A stretch of 64,000 bases of DNA from Candidatus Nanohaloarchaea archaeon (GCA_013343275.1 CP046106.1:736001-800000); one strand, 5' to 3'; numbered from the stretch's first letter, positions 19,266-29,632 are shown. The notes: a model not told the origin generated them from the letters alone. A program made the numbers and translations.

Positions 19266-20189
19266 GTGGACCTCGAAAAAAGATTCAATAATATATACGC
19301 AGATTTTGACAAGTACATCTGGATACCAATAGGCCTTGTTCTGGTCTCGCTGCTTATTCTCGGAGGAAACTATCTGGCTACAGGAGAGTTCGTAGGAAAA
19401 GGCCTGGATTTCACAGGAGGTACCGAGGTCACATATGCCGTAGAAGGAACGTTCAGTACGGGAGAGGTCGAAGAGGTATTCGCCAATCAGGGATATATGG
19501 GAGTAAATGCATTAAGACTGGAGTCTCAGGGATCAAACCAGTCTCAGCTTGTTGTACAGATCCCGCCGCCCAGCATTAATGGCTCGGAACAAGCAGAGCA
19601 AATTATGGAGAATGCAGGTTACAATGCAACTGCAAGAAGCTTTACCTCCATATCTACAGCAGTCTCAGGACAGTTCTTCCTGCAGGCCTCGCTCGCTTTC
19701 GCCCTGGCATTCATGATCATGAGTCTGGTAATATTCGCAGCATTCAAAGACGTAGTACCGTCAATGGCAGTAATATTTGCAGCTACAGGAGATATTATAG
19801 TTGCTCTGGCAGGAATGGCCTTGTTTAACATCCAGTTAACACTCGGCTCGTTCGCCGCATTACTGATGCTTATCGGTTACTCGGTCGACACAGATATCGT
19901 TCTGTCAACCCGCGCACTGAAGCGTGAGAGAGGAACACTGAGAAAGAGAATGTGGGAGTCGATGAAGACAGGAGTCACAATGAGCTCGGGCGGAATAGCA
20001 GGATTCACACTGCTCTTCATGGTATCCTATGCAATAGTCGGGCCTTCAGAACTCTCAAACATCGCCTCTGTAATGCTTATAGGCCTGCTGGCAGACATGC
20101 CGCTTACCTGGTTCGGAAACGCTATAATACTGAAAAAATACATTAAAGGAGACTTCAGCAGCCTGGAGGATATAATAAAATGGAAGTAA
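19266..20189 (+). CDS. secF: Protein translocase subunit SecF
   Basis: GLDFTGGT, LIGYSVDTDIV. Confidence 0.93.
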   Translation: MDLEKRFNNIYADFDKYIWIPIGLVLVSLLILGGNYLATGEFVGKGLDFTGGTEVTYAVEGTFSTGEVEEVFANQGYMGVNALRLESQGSNQSQLVVQIPPPSINGSEQAEQIMENAGYNATARSFTSISTAVSGQFFLQASLAFALAFMIMSLVIFAAFKDVVPSMAVIFAATGDIIVALAGMALFNIQLTLGSFAALLMLIGYSVDTDIVLSTRALKRERGTLRKRMWESMKTGVTMSSGGIAGFTLLFMVSYAIVGPSELSNIASVMLIGLLADMPLTWFGNAIILKKYIKGDFSSLEDIIKWK

Positions 20190-21847
20190 AGGAATTCATG
20201 AAGGAATGGAGAGTATGGGTACTACTGCTAGCGCTAGGTATCTCAACGCTGTGGATAGGCCCCTCATATGAGACAAGAAATGGAGAAGTAGTTCTAACGA
20301 CCCAGCTCGAGGATAGGACAGGAATACAGTTCTCTGGAGGAACACGGATGCTGCTTACACCGCAGACAAATGCCACAGGCCAGGAACTGCAGGATATCGC
20401 AACTGACGTCAAGGATGTTCTCGGGCTCCGTATAGCGACATCCAGTATAGCTGATGCACAGGTAAGAGTGGTGGATCTTGGAGATGGCAATTACAAGTTG
20501 CAGCTGCAGACAGCAAACACCAATCAGACCAAACTGAAAGAACTAATTAAACAGCAGGGGAGCTTCGAGGCCCGGATGCCGCTATATGTCCGAGATGCGG
20601 AAAATATAACTGTAAACTATCAGAACAGGACAGTTCTCCAGTTCGATAAGCAGGAACAGAATATCTCGGTAAGCAGGTTCTCTGATACTGGAGAAGTTAA
20701 GATAGCAGAGTACCAGCCAGGAACAACCTTTATAGCCGCCGATACTACGTTTATCTACAAGAACTCTACTGAAGCAGTCAGCAAACTCGAGATAGTGGCC
20801 TACACAGGAGAAGATATACTTGAAGTCAGCTGGAACGAGAGAAGGACAAGAGGTTCCGGAAACCAGTTCAGAACCAGCTTCCCGATCCAGTTGCAGCGTT
20901 CAGCAGCTATGGATACAGGCCTTATATTCAGCAACTACTTGCCTTCCATAACAGGCGATAATTCACAGCTAGTACTTGAAAATGGTAGCGCAGCAAGACT
21001 TAGACTCTATGTGGACAGCGAACTGAGGAATGCTCTAACAGTGGCTGCAGGCCTGGGGGAGGAGCCTTACAGTACGACATCCTCGATCTCTGCGGTGGGA
21101 AGCACTCCTTCGGAGGCCCGTGATAATGCTAAAGAGCTGCAGACAATACTTAAATCAGGTAAGCTGCCTGTTCCTCTGAAGATAGAGAGTGTTTCCCGTA
21201 TCTCTGCGGCCCTGGGTTCTCAGTTCATGCTGGCCTCTATTCTATCTATTATAGGATCTCTGGTTGCTGTAGGAGCACTGGTGTTTGTGAGGTACGATGA
21301 TATCCGTTATGCTCTGCCTATTGTTCTTACCGGTGCTTCGGAAGTCTACATTCTTCTGGGTTTCTGGAGCTGGTTTACACAGCTGGGAAGCATCAGTCTA
21401 TCAGCGATCGCAGGTATAATTGCTGCGGTAGGTACAGGAGTAGACGATCAGATAATTATAACAGACGAATCCGGTAAAGAGCAGGTCAGAAGCGTATCGG
21501 AGAGGATGAAGAGAGCTTTCTTCGTAATCTTCACGTCAGCCGCTTCAACGATCGGTGCCATGTTCCCAATCCTCAGCGCGGGTACTGCAAGCACACTGAT
21601 CGGTATTGCAGGAGCAGGCCTGATCGGATACGCTTTCTACTCCAGGAACACCAACTACAGCTACGTGGCGATCGGCAGCCTGGCACTGGCAATGTCTGTA
21701 GTCACTTCGGCAGTCGGGCCTTCAAGTGCAGCGCTTCAGACAATCCACGGGTTCGCAGCAACTACAATCCTTGGAATCCTGATCGGAATCACAGTTACAA
21801 GGCCTGCCTACTCGAAATACGTCGAGTACATTGAGAAGGATAAGTAG
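20180..21847 (+). CDS. secD: Protein translocase subunit SecD
   Basis: FSGGTR, LKSGKLPVPL, GTGVDDQIIITDE. Confidence 0.93.
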   Translation: MEVKEFMKEWRVWVLLLALGISTLWIGPSYETRNGEVVLTTQLEDRTGIQFSGGTRMLLTPQTNATGQELQDIATDVKDVLGLRIATSSIADAQVRVVDLGDGNYKLQLQTANTNQTKLKELIKQQGSFEARMPLYVRDAENITVNYQNRTVLQFDKQEQNISVSRFSDTGEVKIAEYQPGTTFIAADTTFIYKNSTEAVSKLEIVAYTGEDILEVSWNERRTRGSGNQFRTSFPIQLQRSAAMDTGLIFSNYLPSITGDNSQLVLENGSAARLRLYVDSELRNALTVAAGLGEEPYSTTSSISAVGSTPSEARDNAKELQTILKSGKLPVPLKIESVSRISAALGSQFMLASILSIIGSLVAVGALVFVRYDDIRYALPIVLTGASEVYILLGFWSWFTQLGSISLSAIAGIIAAVGTGVDDQIIITDESGKEQVRSVSERMKRAFFVIFTSAASTIGAMFPILSAGTASTLIGIAGAGLIGYAFYSRNTNYSYVAIGSLALAMSVVTSAVGPSSAALQTIHGFAATTILGILIGITVTRPAYSKYVEYIEKDK

Positions 21848-21885
21848 AAAAGGTAGTGAAAAAATGCGGAAAAAATAGGCCTGGT

Positions 21886-22194
21886 TTACTGTAGATCCAT
21901 TACTGCTCCGGCTACGTCTTCGTTCTCTTCCAGAGCGTTCTTGGCTTCTTCTTCTGAGGCCCCGGTCTTCTCCATAACTAGCTGTACGTCTTCCCCACTG
22001 ACGTCTTCTTCCTCGGAGTAGTCGCCCTGAAGCTGGAACATGTCCTGTCCCTGAACTGAGATCTTGGAGAGTTCAGGATTGTTGAATACCATTTTCTTGT
22101 CACCGATTTCTACTACTACGCGATCGGCATCGATCTCTTCCATATCCATGCCCATCTGCTTCATCATTTTCGACATATCTTGGCCGCCAAACAT
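21886..22194 (-). CDS. nac: Nascent polypeptide-associated complex protein
   Basis: MMKQMGMDMEEI, EDVQLVMEKTGASEEEAKNALEE (UBA). Confidence 0.93.
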   Translation of the reverse strand: MFGGQDMSKMMKQMGMDMEEIDADRVVVEIGDKKMVFNNPELSKISVQGQDMFQLQGDYSEEEDVSGEDVQLVMEKTGASEEEAKNALEENEDVAGAVMDLQ

Positions 22195-22227
22195 ACCCAA
22201 ACATTACACCCTGCTCTTTAAATCCGC

Positions 22228-23436
22228 TTGCCCGGTCAAAACAAAAATATCTCGATACAACTAATTCTGATAATTCTGGCCGGAGTAACAGCAGGAGTCT
22301 TCACAGGGATAATACCTGGGATACATCCAAACACTGTGGTTTTCACCTCTCTGCCCTACTACTTCGCAGTACAGCCAGAACTCATGAATTATCTGGTCTT
22401 CATTGTGGCGATATCTGTCTCCCACACCTTCCACGACTTCCTGCCCGCAATTTTCCTGCACGCACCGAACTCAACAACAGCACTCTCCACAATGCCGGGA
22501 GCAGAGGCAGTATCGAAAGGAGAGGGCCTGGAAGCATTCTACAGGACCGCGGCAGGAGGCCTGATAGCAGTTACAGGTATCCTGGTTCTACTGCCAGCTC
22601 TCTTCCTCCTGCTTAAACCGATATACTCTTTCATTGAACCTTTAATGCTGTACATCCTTGTGTTCTTCCTGATCTTCACCGTACTGAAATCAGATAGAAC
22701 TTTCCTGGCATTACAGATAGCAGCCCTCGCAGGGTTCCTGGGCCTTTACAGCTTTAACCTGCCCGTTAACCAGAACTACATCCTGATACCGGTATTTACA
22801 GGCCTTTTCGCAGTACCAGCAATGTCGTCAGCTCTTGGAAGAGAAGAAGGCCTTACAGATCAGAGTAGAGAAATTGAAGTGGATGTAAGTGCATCTTCTG
22901 GCATTATTGGAGCCGCTGCGGGCCTACTGGCTGGCGTAGTGCCTGGTATAGGCCCGGCGATCTCCACAAGCTTTCTAAGCCCTCTTTCCGAGGACAGCAG
23001 TTTTGTTGCCTCGCTTGGAGGTGTTAACTCCTCAGATATTGTCTCATCTCTAGTAGCTCTTTACCTGCTTAACGCTCCCAGAAGCGGTGCTTCGGTAGCT
23101 ATAAACCAGATTACATCTCTTTCAGCTCAGACAATGGTGGTTCTTGTAGGTGCAGCAGCTTTCTCAACTGCGGCATCCTTCTTTGTCTGCCTGAAGATGT
23201 CACGTTACTATGTGTCGTTCCTGGAGAAATTTAGCTACAGAAAAATTATCTACGCTGTAATGGTTCTGCTGTCAGGCCTTATCTTCTACTTTACCGGGTT
23301 TCTAGGGTTGCTCGTGCTATTCACTGCGTCTATGATAGGTTTCTGTGCGAAGGCTGTCGGCGAGAGAGCTGTTCTCATGTCGGTTCTGATGGTTCCTGCC
23401 GTTCTTTTCTTCTCCGGCACTGGAGTAGTTATGTAA
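22228..23436 (+). CDS. Tripartite tricarboxylate transporter permease (TctA family)
   Basis: GVFTGIIPGIHPNT, HTFHDFLPAIFL, PRSG; start uncertain. Confidence 0.8.
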   Translation: MPGQNKNISIQLILIILAGVTAGVFTGIIPGIHPNTVVFTSLPYYFAVQPELMNYLVFIVAISVSHTFHDFLPAIFLHAPNSTTALSTMPGAEAVSKGEGLEAFYRTAAGGLIAVTGILVLLPALFLLLKPIYSFIEPLMLYILVFFLIFTVLKSDRTFLALQIAALAGFLGLYSFNLPVNQNYILIPVFTGLFAVPAMSSALGREEGLTDQSREIEVDVSASSGIIGAAAGLLAGVVPGIGPAISTSFLSPLSEDSSFVASLGGVNSSDIVSSLVALYLLNAPRSGASVAINQITSLSAQTMVVLVGAAAFSTAASFFVCLKMSRYYVSFLEKFSYRKIIYAVMVLLSGLIFYFTGFLGLLVLFTASMIGFCAKAVGERAVLMSVLMVPAVLFFSGTGVVM

Positions 23437-23461
23437 AACTCTGTAACAGAGGTTAAACTGT

Positions 23462-24463
23462 ATGAACGAGCAGAAAAGCTTTCTGGTCTTCTTCATAGCA
23501 GCTATTGCAGCAGTTGCTGCACTGATGATAAAGCCTTTTCTGCCTTACGTGATGGGTGCCGCAATACTGGCCTTTATCTCAAGGCCTCTGCACAGAAAGC
23601 TTTCTGGTGGCATCGGTGAGGTTGCCAGCGCAGGATTCCTGGTATTTCTATCCATTTTTCTGGCCATAGTTCCGATGGTGCTGGCAGCTACAGTAGTTAT
23701 GGACGATGCACAGGACCTTGCAAACAGGGTAGGCGATCTTGAAACTATAGACCTGTCGAAGATAGATGCCAAAATCCACCAGCTTACAGGAGAGGATCTT
23801 AATATAGAGCAGAACGTCAGGGAGGCCGTCAAGAGATTTGCATCCCTTTCATTCGGAAATGTCTCACAGCTTTTCAACCTGATAGCTAACCTGGCGATAG
23901 GAATGTCGTTGATGCTTTTCCTGCAGTACTACTTCATCAAGGACGGCGACCATCTGATCGAATGGCTGAAGGAGATGACTCCTCTACCTGAAGACATACA
24001 GGACAGCCTGATAGAGAGAACAAATACAACTACATGGGCCGTAGTCAAAGGCCACGTACTCGTAGCTATTGCGCAGGGACTGGTAGCAGGAATAGGCCTC
24101 TACGCTACAGGAGTACCAAACCCTTACTTCTGGACCTTCGTCATGACATTACTGGCCTTCCTGCCTATAGTAGGATCATTCCTTATCTGGGGGCCTGCAG
24201 GGGTATACCTGATAATGATCGATCATATCACTGCCGGAATAGCCCTCCTTATCTACGGCGTGATAGTAGTCGGCCTCACAGACAACTTCCTGAGACCTAT
24301 AGTAGTGGATAAATCTGCAGAGCTACATCCCGCCGTCATAATAATCGGGGTTCTTGGAGGCCTGTACGTCTTCGGAGCGCCAGGCCTGTTTATTGGCCCT
24401 ATAGTCCTCGGTATTCTTCGATCAGCGCTTGTAGTCTTCAACAACCACTATTCGGAACTCTAG
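23462..24463 (+). CDS. AI-2E family transporter
   Basis: VAIAQG, LPIVGS, DNFLRP, GVLGGLYVFG.PGLFIGP. Confidence 0.9.
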   Translation: MNEQKSFLVFFIAAIAAVAALMIKPFLPYVMGAAILAFISRPLHRKLSGGIGEVASAGFLVFLSIFLAIVPMVLAATVVMDDAQDLANRVGDLETIDLSKIDAKIHQLTGEDLNIEQNVREAVKRFASLSFGNVSQLFNLIANLAIGMSLMLFLQYYFIKDGDHLIEWLKEMTPLPEDIQDSLIERTNTTTWAVVKGHVLVAIAQGLVAGIGLYATGVPNPYFWTFVMTLLAFLPIVGSFLIWGPAGVYLIMIDHITAGIALLIYGVIVVGLTDNFLRPIVVDKSAELHPAVIIIGVLGGLYVFGAPGLFIGPIVLGILRSALVVFNNHYSEL

Positions 24464-24510
24464 AGATGGCCCAAGGGTTAAAAGAGACCGGCGGGTAATT
24501 CGGGGTTACA

Positions 24511-25308
24511 GTGGAATCCAAGAAAGATACTGTAGTAACTGCTCTGGTAATTACTCTTGTTATATCTATCCCGGCGGCAGCACAGAGTATCGAGCTGGAT
24601 CAAGGCCAGAATAAATTCTTCAAATCTGATACACAGGGAAAGTTTGGATCCAGCTTCCAGCTAGATTTCTCCAGTGCCAGGAGATCTTCGTACCTCAAAA
24701 CACCTCAGTACTCGGTATCATCCACGACAACACCACAGAAAACAGTCAAAACGTATTCTACTGCAAAAGCAGATCTTACTATCTCTTATATTAACGCAAC
24801 AACTCGTATCGAAAAGATAACTACGCCTTATGGAACACTGGTTACAGGGGTCAGGAACGGCCGCCGATTTGAGAGGTTCACAGGGGTAAACAGAACCAGA
24901 GTAGAGAAGATAAAGTCCGAAGTCAAAGAGAAATACCATAAAAGCATATCGGAGCTGGAAAAAAGGGAGACAAAGGCCATAAGATCTGAACTACCTGACC
25001 TGAAGGTAGGGATCAAGGAAGGCGAAACAGAGTACGTAAACATTACAAACCAGGCCTCTGAACCTGTAGATCTATCAGGATGGAAGATGGTAAGTACTTC
25101 ATCAGATCTCTCCGATAACTTCACTGTGGGACAGGTGACGATACGACCAGGTCATACATACACTTTCTACGAGGGTGAAGGCCGGCGCGGTGAGTTGAAG
25201 ACAAATGCGGTTTACGATACAGGGTTGACAATCTACAGTGGCTCGGGGAGGCTGAAGGTGTATACTGACAGTGGCCTCACCTATGCAGATATACATTACT
25301 ACAGCTAA
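24511..25308 (+). CDS. Secreted lamin-tail-domain protein
   Basis: Signal peptide; EYVNITNQASEPVDLSGWKM LTD motif. Confidence 0.75.
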   Translation: MESKKDTVVTALVITLVISIPAAAQSIELDQGQNKFFKSDTQGKFGSSFQLDFSSARRSSYLKTPQYSVSSTTTPQKTVKTYSTAKADLTISYINATTRIEKITTPYGTLVTGVRNGRRFERFTGVNRTRVEKIKSEVKEKYHKSISELEKRETKAIRSELPDLKVGIKEGETEYVNITNQASEPVDLSGWKMVSTSSDLSDNFTVGQVTIRPGHTYTFYEGEGRRGELKTNAVYDTGLTIYSGSGRLKVYTDSGLTYADIHYYS

Positions 25309-25592
25309 TTCTCCTCAACCTTCTCCAGAGTTCCGTTTACCACGTACTCATCGCCTGTAAACAGGCGCTTGACCTTCTGCTCTTCATCCTCAACTGCAAT
25401 CATAATCTGACCAAAGACTGATTCCAGGCCCATCGACTCCGATCTCACGTTAATTACTATCCCCATCAATACGTTAAGGTAGAGTAGTACGTTAAGAGAG
25501 GCCTGATTGAAGCCCAGAAACTCTACTGTTGCATATGTCAGGCCTGCGAAAATAAGTCCGTAGATAGCGCCGTCGCGTAACTCCTCTCTCAC
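25305..25592 (-). CDS. Small membrane protein
   Basis: Two hydrophobic helices, compact packing. Confidence 0.6.
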   Translation of the reverse strand: MREELRDGAIYGLIFAGLTYATVEFLGFNQASLNVLLYLNVLMGIVINVRSESMGLESVFGQIMIAVEDEEQKVKRLFTGDEYVVNGTLEKVEEN

Positions 25593-25622
25593 AATACAAA
25601 AAGCTCTGCCCGACTTGTTAAA

Positions 25623-25991
25623 ATGTACAGTATGAAAGGAGTCTACCTGCTATTCCTGGAGCTTGAAGAAGACAGAGAAATAGAGATAGGCGCTCTAGGC
25701 CAGATAAACTTCTCCAAGGGAAAATACGTCTACGTGGGCTCCGCACAGAACTCTGTAGAGAAAAGGCTGCAGCGCCACTTCTCCACAGACAAGAAACTCC
25801 ACTGGCATATCGACTATCTACTCGAAGAATCGAGACCCTATGACTACTTCATACTACCTGAAAAGTCGGAATACGAACAGGTAATGGCCTCAATCATGGA
25901 AGAGATAGCTGAACCGGTGCCGGAGTTCGGGGCCTCTGACTCCAGCAAGAACTCTCATCTGTTCAGGTTACCGAAGAGCTTAACAGAATAA
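25623..25991 (+). CDS. GIY-YIG (DUF123) nuclease
   Basis: GVYLL, YVYVGSA, KKLHWHIDYLL, FGASD...SHLF. Confidence 0.88.
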   Translation: MYSMKGVYLLFLELEEDREIEIGALGQINFSKGKYVYVGSAQNSVEKRLQRHFSTDKKLHWHIDYLLEESRPYDYFILPEKSEYEQVMASIMEEIAEPVPEFGASDSSKNSHLFRLPKSLTE

Positions 25992-26008
25992 CAGCACAAT
26001 CATCAGTT

Positions 26009-26203
26009 ATGTCCGAGGTCTTCTACCAGTGTCCTGACTGCGGCTACAAGCAGCGTAGCAAGGCTCAGAAAAGAGTACAGTGCCATCAGTGCGGACGCAG
26101 CTACCTGAAGAGAGATGCCAAGAAGACTAAAGACAAGTCCGACGACTTTGATGAGGAGAAAGGTACAGGGTTCTTCAAGTACTCTAAAAGTGACTCGGAA
26201 TAA
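26009..26203 (+). CDS. Small zinc-ribbon protein
   Basis: CPDCG...CHQCG. Confidence 0.7.
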   Translation: MSEVFYQCPDCGYKQRSKAQKRVQCHQCGRSYLKRDAKKTKDKSDDFDEEKGTGFFKYSKSDSE

Positions 26204-26230
26204 AAACATTTTCTCACTATTAGAGTATCT

Positions 26231-27118
26231 ATGCAGAAATTCTCGATACCGGCGGAGGACTTCGACCTGGAGCAGACAATGACCTGCGGCCAGACATTCT
26301 GCTGGCATCGAATAGATGGAAAACTCTACGAAGACGGATCTGAAGATCAGAGTTCTTCAAAACCACATTTCTACACTTTCAGAAACGGCGAACCGGTAAT
26401 TGTAGAGGAGAAAGATGACGAAATAATAGTTGAAACAGAGCTACCGCGAGAGGAAGTGGAAAAGGCCCTCGGAGTGCACCACGATCTGGAGGAAGTTTTC
26501 TCAACATTTCCTGACAATGAGAAGCTTTCAGACGCGAAAGAAGAGCTGTGGGGCCTGAGAATTGTTCAGGACGAGTTCTTCCCGTGCCTTATCTCGTATC
26601 TTCTATCACCGCAGATGAGGATACCGCGTATCAAGAAGATGCACAACGAGATCGCCAGAAAATACGGCGAAGTAAGAGAGGTAGATGGAAAAGAACTCCT
26701 GAGATTCCCGACAAGAGAAGAACTTTCACAGGCCTCTGAAGAAGAGCTCAGAGAACTGGGAACAGGCTACAGGGCCAAGTACATTGTAGAAACTTTGAAG
26801 ATTCTGGAGGAAGAAAATTTCGACCCTGAAGAGGTAAGAGAGATGGAGTACGGAGAGGCCCGTGAAAAAATGAAGGATCTGTACGGTGTCGGCGATAAAG
26901 TAGCTGACTGCGTACTTCTCTTCTCACTAGGATTTTACGAGGCCTATCCAATTGATACATGGGCGGACAAAGCCCTGAAGAACCACTTTGAAGATCTTTA
27001 TTCCAATAACTACAACGAACTCTCCGAAAATATGAGGGAGCACTTCGGCAAGTATTCGGGTTACGCCCAGGAATATATCTTTCACGCTGCAAGACAAGGA
27101 CATATAGAGGTCGAATGA
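26231..27118 (+). CDS. ogg: 8-oxoguanine DNA glycosylase (OGG1-type HhH-GPD)
   Basis: TMTCGQTF, LGTGYRAKY, GVGDKVADCVLLFSL, PIDTW, GYAQEY. Confidence 0.9.
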   Translation: MQKFSIPAEDFDLEQTMTCGQTFCWHRIDGKLYEDGSEDQSSSKPHFYTFRNGEPVIVEEKDDEIIVETELPREEVEKALGVHHDLEEVFSTFPDNEKLSDAKEELWGLRIVQDEFFPCLISYLLSPQMRIPRIKKMHNEIARKYGEVREVDGKELLRFPTREELSQASEEELRELGTGYRAKYIVETLKILEEENFDPEEVREMEYGEAREKMKDLYGVGDKVADCVLLFSLGFYEAYPIDTWADKALKNHFEDLYSNNYNELSENMREHFGKYSGYAQEYIFHAARQGHIEVE

Positions 27119-27121
27119 AGA

Positions 27122-27439
27122 ATGTCTCTCCGCGAACAACAGAATAGAGTATCAGAATTTCTTGAGGAAAACGACATGCAGGCCCCGCCAGAGTTCAGAA
27201 TTATGGACTTCATCTCGGAGGCCGGAGAAATAGTAAAGGATGCAGTGAAGACTGCTGACTACGGAGAGGCCCGTGAAGACCTGAAGGTCAAAGAGGATGA
27301 GATCGGCGACGTACTTTTCTCAATTCTCGCCGTAGCTGACGCACTAGATATAGATGCCGAGAAGGCCTTCGAGTCTGCGATGGAGAAGTATGAGGAAAGA
27401 ATAGCTGAGAAAGGTGATGCAGGATCAGGATCACACTAG
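27122..27439 (+). CDS. MazG-like pyrophosphohydrolase
   Basis: SEAGEIVK, DEIGDVLFS. Confidence 0.85.
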   Translation: MSLREQQNRVSEFLEENDMQAPPEFRIMDFISEAGEIVKDAVKTADYGEAREDLKVKEDEIGDVLFSILAVADALDIDAEKAFESAMEKYEERIAEKGDAGSGSH

Positions 27440-27636
27440 TAAGAGACGATCTGGAAGAGGAGGTTGAAAGAGAGGTAGAGGTCGACAGAGACGTATCTGT
27501 ACAGCAGTTCCTGAAGAATGAGGGAATTTCTGTTGAAGAAGTTCTTGTGTCGAAGAACGGCACTATAATCTCCAGCAGACATGAACTTGAGGACGGCGAC
27601 AGGATTCGAGTCTTCGATGTAATTGCCGGTGGCTGA
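27424..27636 (+). CDS. Ubiquitin-like MoaD/ThiS (SAMP) protein; no ATG start in frame
   Basis: Manual translation (I)RITLVRDDLEEEVEREVEVDRDVSVQQFLKNEGISVEEVLVSKNGTIISSRHELEDGDRIRVFDVIAGG*; absent from ORF track. Confidence 0.8.
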   Translation: MRITLVRDDLEEEVEREVEVDRDVSVQQFLKNEGISVEEVLVSKNGTIISSRHELEDGDRIRVFDVIAGG

Positions 27637-27673
27637 TAAGTTTTTATTACTGGCCTAATAGAAATTTCTCTAT

Positions 27674-28000
27674 ATGGATTTCTTTGATTTGGAGGGGAAG
27701 GAGGACGAAGATATAATCTTCGACATATTCGATCTTAACTCGCTACAGAAACAGATATTCGACGAACTGAAAGACAAACAATTGACAGTACAGGAACTGG
27801 CCTCAGAAGTAGATAGAAATCGCTCTACAGTCCAGAGAGCGCTCCAGGACATGCTTAACAAAGATATAATTATGAGAGAGGGTAAAACTGACAAAACAGT
27901 TTACTACGTGTACACAACGCTACCTTTCGAGGAGCTGAAGCAGATTGCGAAACAGGCCCTCGACTCTTGGCACGACAAAGTAAAGTCGAAACTTCAGTAA
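27674..28000 (+). CDS. HTH transcriptional regulator (TrmB-like)
   Basis: LTVQELASEVDRNRSTVQRALQDM. Confidence 0.85.
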   Translation: MDFFDLEGKEDEDIIFDIFDLNSLQKQIFDELKDKQLTVQELASEVDRNRSTVQRALQDMLNKDIIMREGKTDKTVYYVYTTLPFEELKQIAKQALDSWHDKVKSKLQ

Positions 28001-28290
28001 ACCCAGAAAAGGTATCCCAGATAGGCCAGAGCAATTACCTGACTGACCTCAGATAAAACCGGCGATAGTTGAAGACCTAGCCCTGCGGAAATAACTCCTA
28101 GCAGGAGAAGGCCCAGGATAAATACGCGAGAGTTGTCCAGAAGGCTTTCCTGGAAACTTTCTAAATCAAGATTTTTTCTGTAGGCCAGGTAGAGAACTGT
28201 GGCGAGAATGTAGTATTTTACAATTACTGAGGCTGCCGTCCAGCTTGCCTTGATTATTTCGTGGCCTACTGCTACCAGAGCCTGGAGCAT
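27994..28290 (-). CDS. Small membrane protein
   Basis: Three hydrophobic segments; follows the PRC-barrel gene directly. Confidence 0.65.
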   Translation of the reverse strand: MLQALVAVGHEIIKASWTAASVIVKYYILATVLYLAYRKNLDLESFQESLLDNSRVFILGLLLLGVISAGLGLQLSPVLSEVSQVIALAYLGYLFWVY

Positions 28291-28291
28291 G

Positions 28292-28567
28292 CTATTCTTC
28301 GTTCTCTCCTACGTCGCTTGTCTGGAAGTCACTGATGATTATGATGTCGTCGATTGACTGCACCATGTTGTACGGGATTACGACGTTCTTGGAGCCGCCT
28401 ACTTTCTGTGCAAGGTACGAGCCTGGTTCTGCCGCGACTACAACAGCTCTAACGGCGAACTTGCCGAGATTAAGCTCTACATCTTTGACTTTTCCACAGT
28501 AAGAACCTTTTTTCGTGAAGACGTCCTTGCCCTCGACATCCGAAAAATCGATGATATTCTCTGACAT
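28292..28567 (-). CDS. PRC-barrel protein (CdpB-like cell-division candidate)
   Basis: GKDVFTKKGSYCGKVKDV, VVIPYNMVQSIDDIIII. Confidence 0.85.
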   Translation of the reverse strand: MSENIIDFSDVEGKDVFTKKGSYCGKVKDVELNLGKFAVRAVVVAAEPGSYLAQKVGGSKNVVIPYNMVQSIDDIIIISDFQTSDVGENEE

Positions 28568-28677
28568 TTTTTGTTACAACTCCTTATACCTCAAATAAAC
28601 AGTCTGAGACTTAAATAATTTGGTAAAGCCGTCGACCTGCAGGTTTTAAGTCTTAACCGTCAAATACAGAGATACGG

Positions 28678-29088
28678 ATGGGCTTTAGAAAAAAAGTAGT
28701 AAAGGGCTTCACAGACGCATACCTGAGAGCAGAAAGAAGACTTGTAGTCGATCTGCTCAGAAACGGCCGTCTTACCCGCGGAGAATGGCAGGAGATAGCG
28801 GACAGCCTCAACGAGATCGCCCAGAAATACAGCGAAGACCAGATAGATAACAGCAGATTCCTGCAGGACCGCAAACAGATCGAACGGCAGATAGTAGGAG
28901 AGAGAAGGGAGAAAAAACAGGGCCTGACAGGAGAAGAGGCCCGAACCCTGTACGAATCATACCGGCAAAGACATCAACCGGTGATGGAGCAGGCCTTCCA
29001 TAACTCCGGTAGAAACACTTTCTACTTCATCTACAAGCTGCCGGTAGTCAAAACACGCTACATGATCACAGGCCTCAGAATGCAGTAA
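28678..29088 (+). CDS. Hypothetical protein
   Basis: ORF with genome-typical codon usage and upstream TATA-like box. Confidence 0.6.
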   Translation: MGFRKKVVKGFTDAYLRAERRLVVDLLRNGRLTRGEWQEIADSLNEIAQKYSEDQIDNSRFLQDRKQIERQIVGERREKKQGLTGEEARTLYESYRQRHQPVMEQAFHNSGRNTFYFIYKLPVVKTRYMITGLRMQ

Positions 29089-29139
29089 AAACCAGGTTGA
29101 ATTTTAAAGACTGACGATCCCAAACTATACTACACTACT

Positions 29140-29226
29140 GTCGGGGTGGCAGAGTGGCTTAACGCGATGGCTTGCTAAGCCATTGGGCTTCTAAAGCCCG
29201 CCCGGGTTCGAATCCCGGCCCCGGCG
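29140..29226 (+). tRNA. tRNA-Ser(GCT)
   Basis: Acceptor GTCGGGG/CCCCGGC, anticodon arm ATGGC-TTGCTAA-GCCAT, long variable arm, GGTTCGAATCC. Confidence 0.93.
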
Positions 29227-29235
29227 CTCACAAAT

Positions 29236-29505
29236 TTATTCTGACTGAACCTTCTCTATTAATGCGTCCAGCACCAGTCTTTCTGCACGGAAATGCGAGG
29301 CTGCATAACCTGAGAACATAGAAGATGCACCTACAATAGTTAAAGTGTACTTCATGAGCTCTGGCGCGGCTAGGAAGTATGCTGAGCTGCACGTAACTGC
29401 TGTAAGTATTCCTCCGACTAGAAAGGCCTGTCTGTCCTTGCGGTAGAGAAGGAAGGCAGCTACTGCTACTGCGACATGAGGGATGTACTGCTCGATAAGA
29501 ACCAT
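29236..29505 (-). CDS. Small membrane protein
   Basis: Three hydrophobic segments. Confidence 0.6.
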   Translation of the reverse strand: MVLIEQYIPHVAVAVAAFLLYRKDRQAFLVGGILTAVTCSSAYFLAAPELMKYTLTIVGASSMFSGYAASHFRAERLVLDALIEKVQSE

Positions 29506-29632
29506 AACGTGGTTTTGGTCTCCGATTTTAATTTGTTTGCGGGAGGTTTTTCCTATGAGGATGTCTATTCTCGAGCATGATTTTCGCGAGATGAAAGATT
29601 AATTTAAGGCCGTCTGTAATTAAAATACAGAG

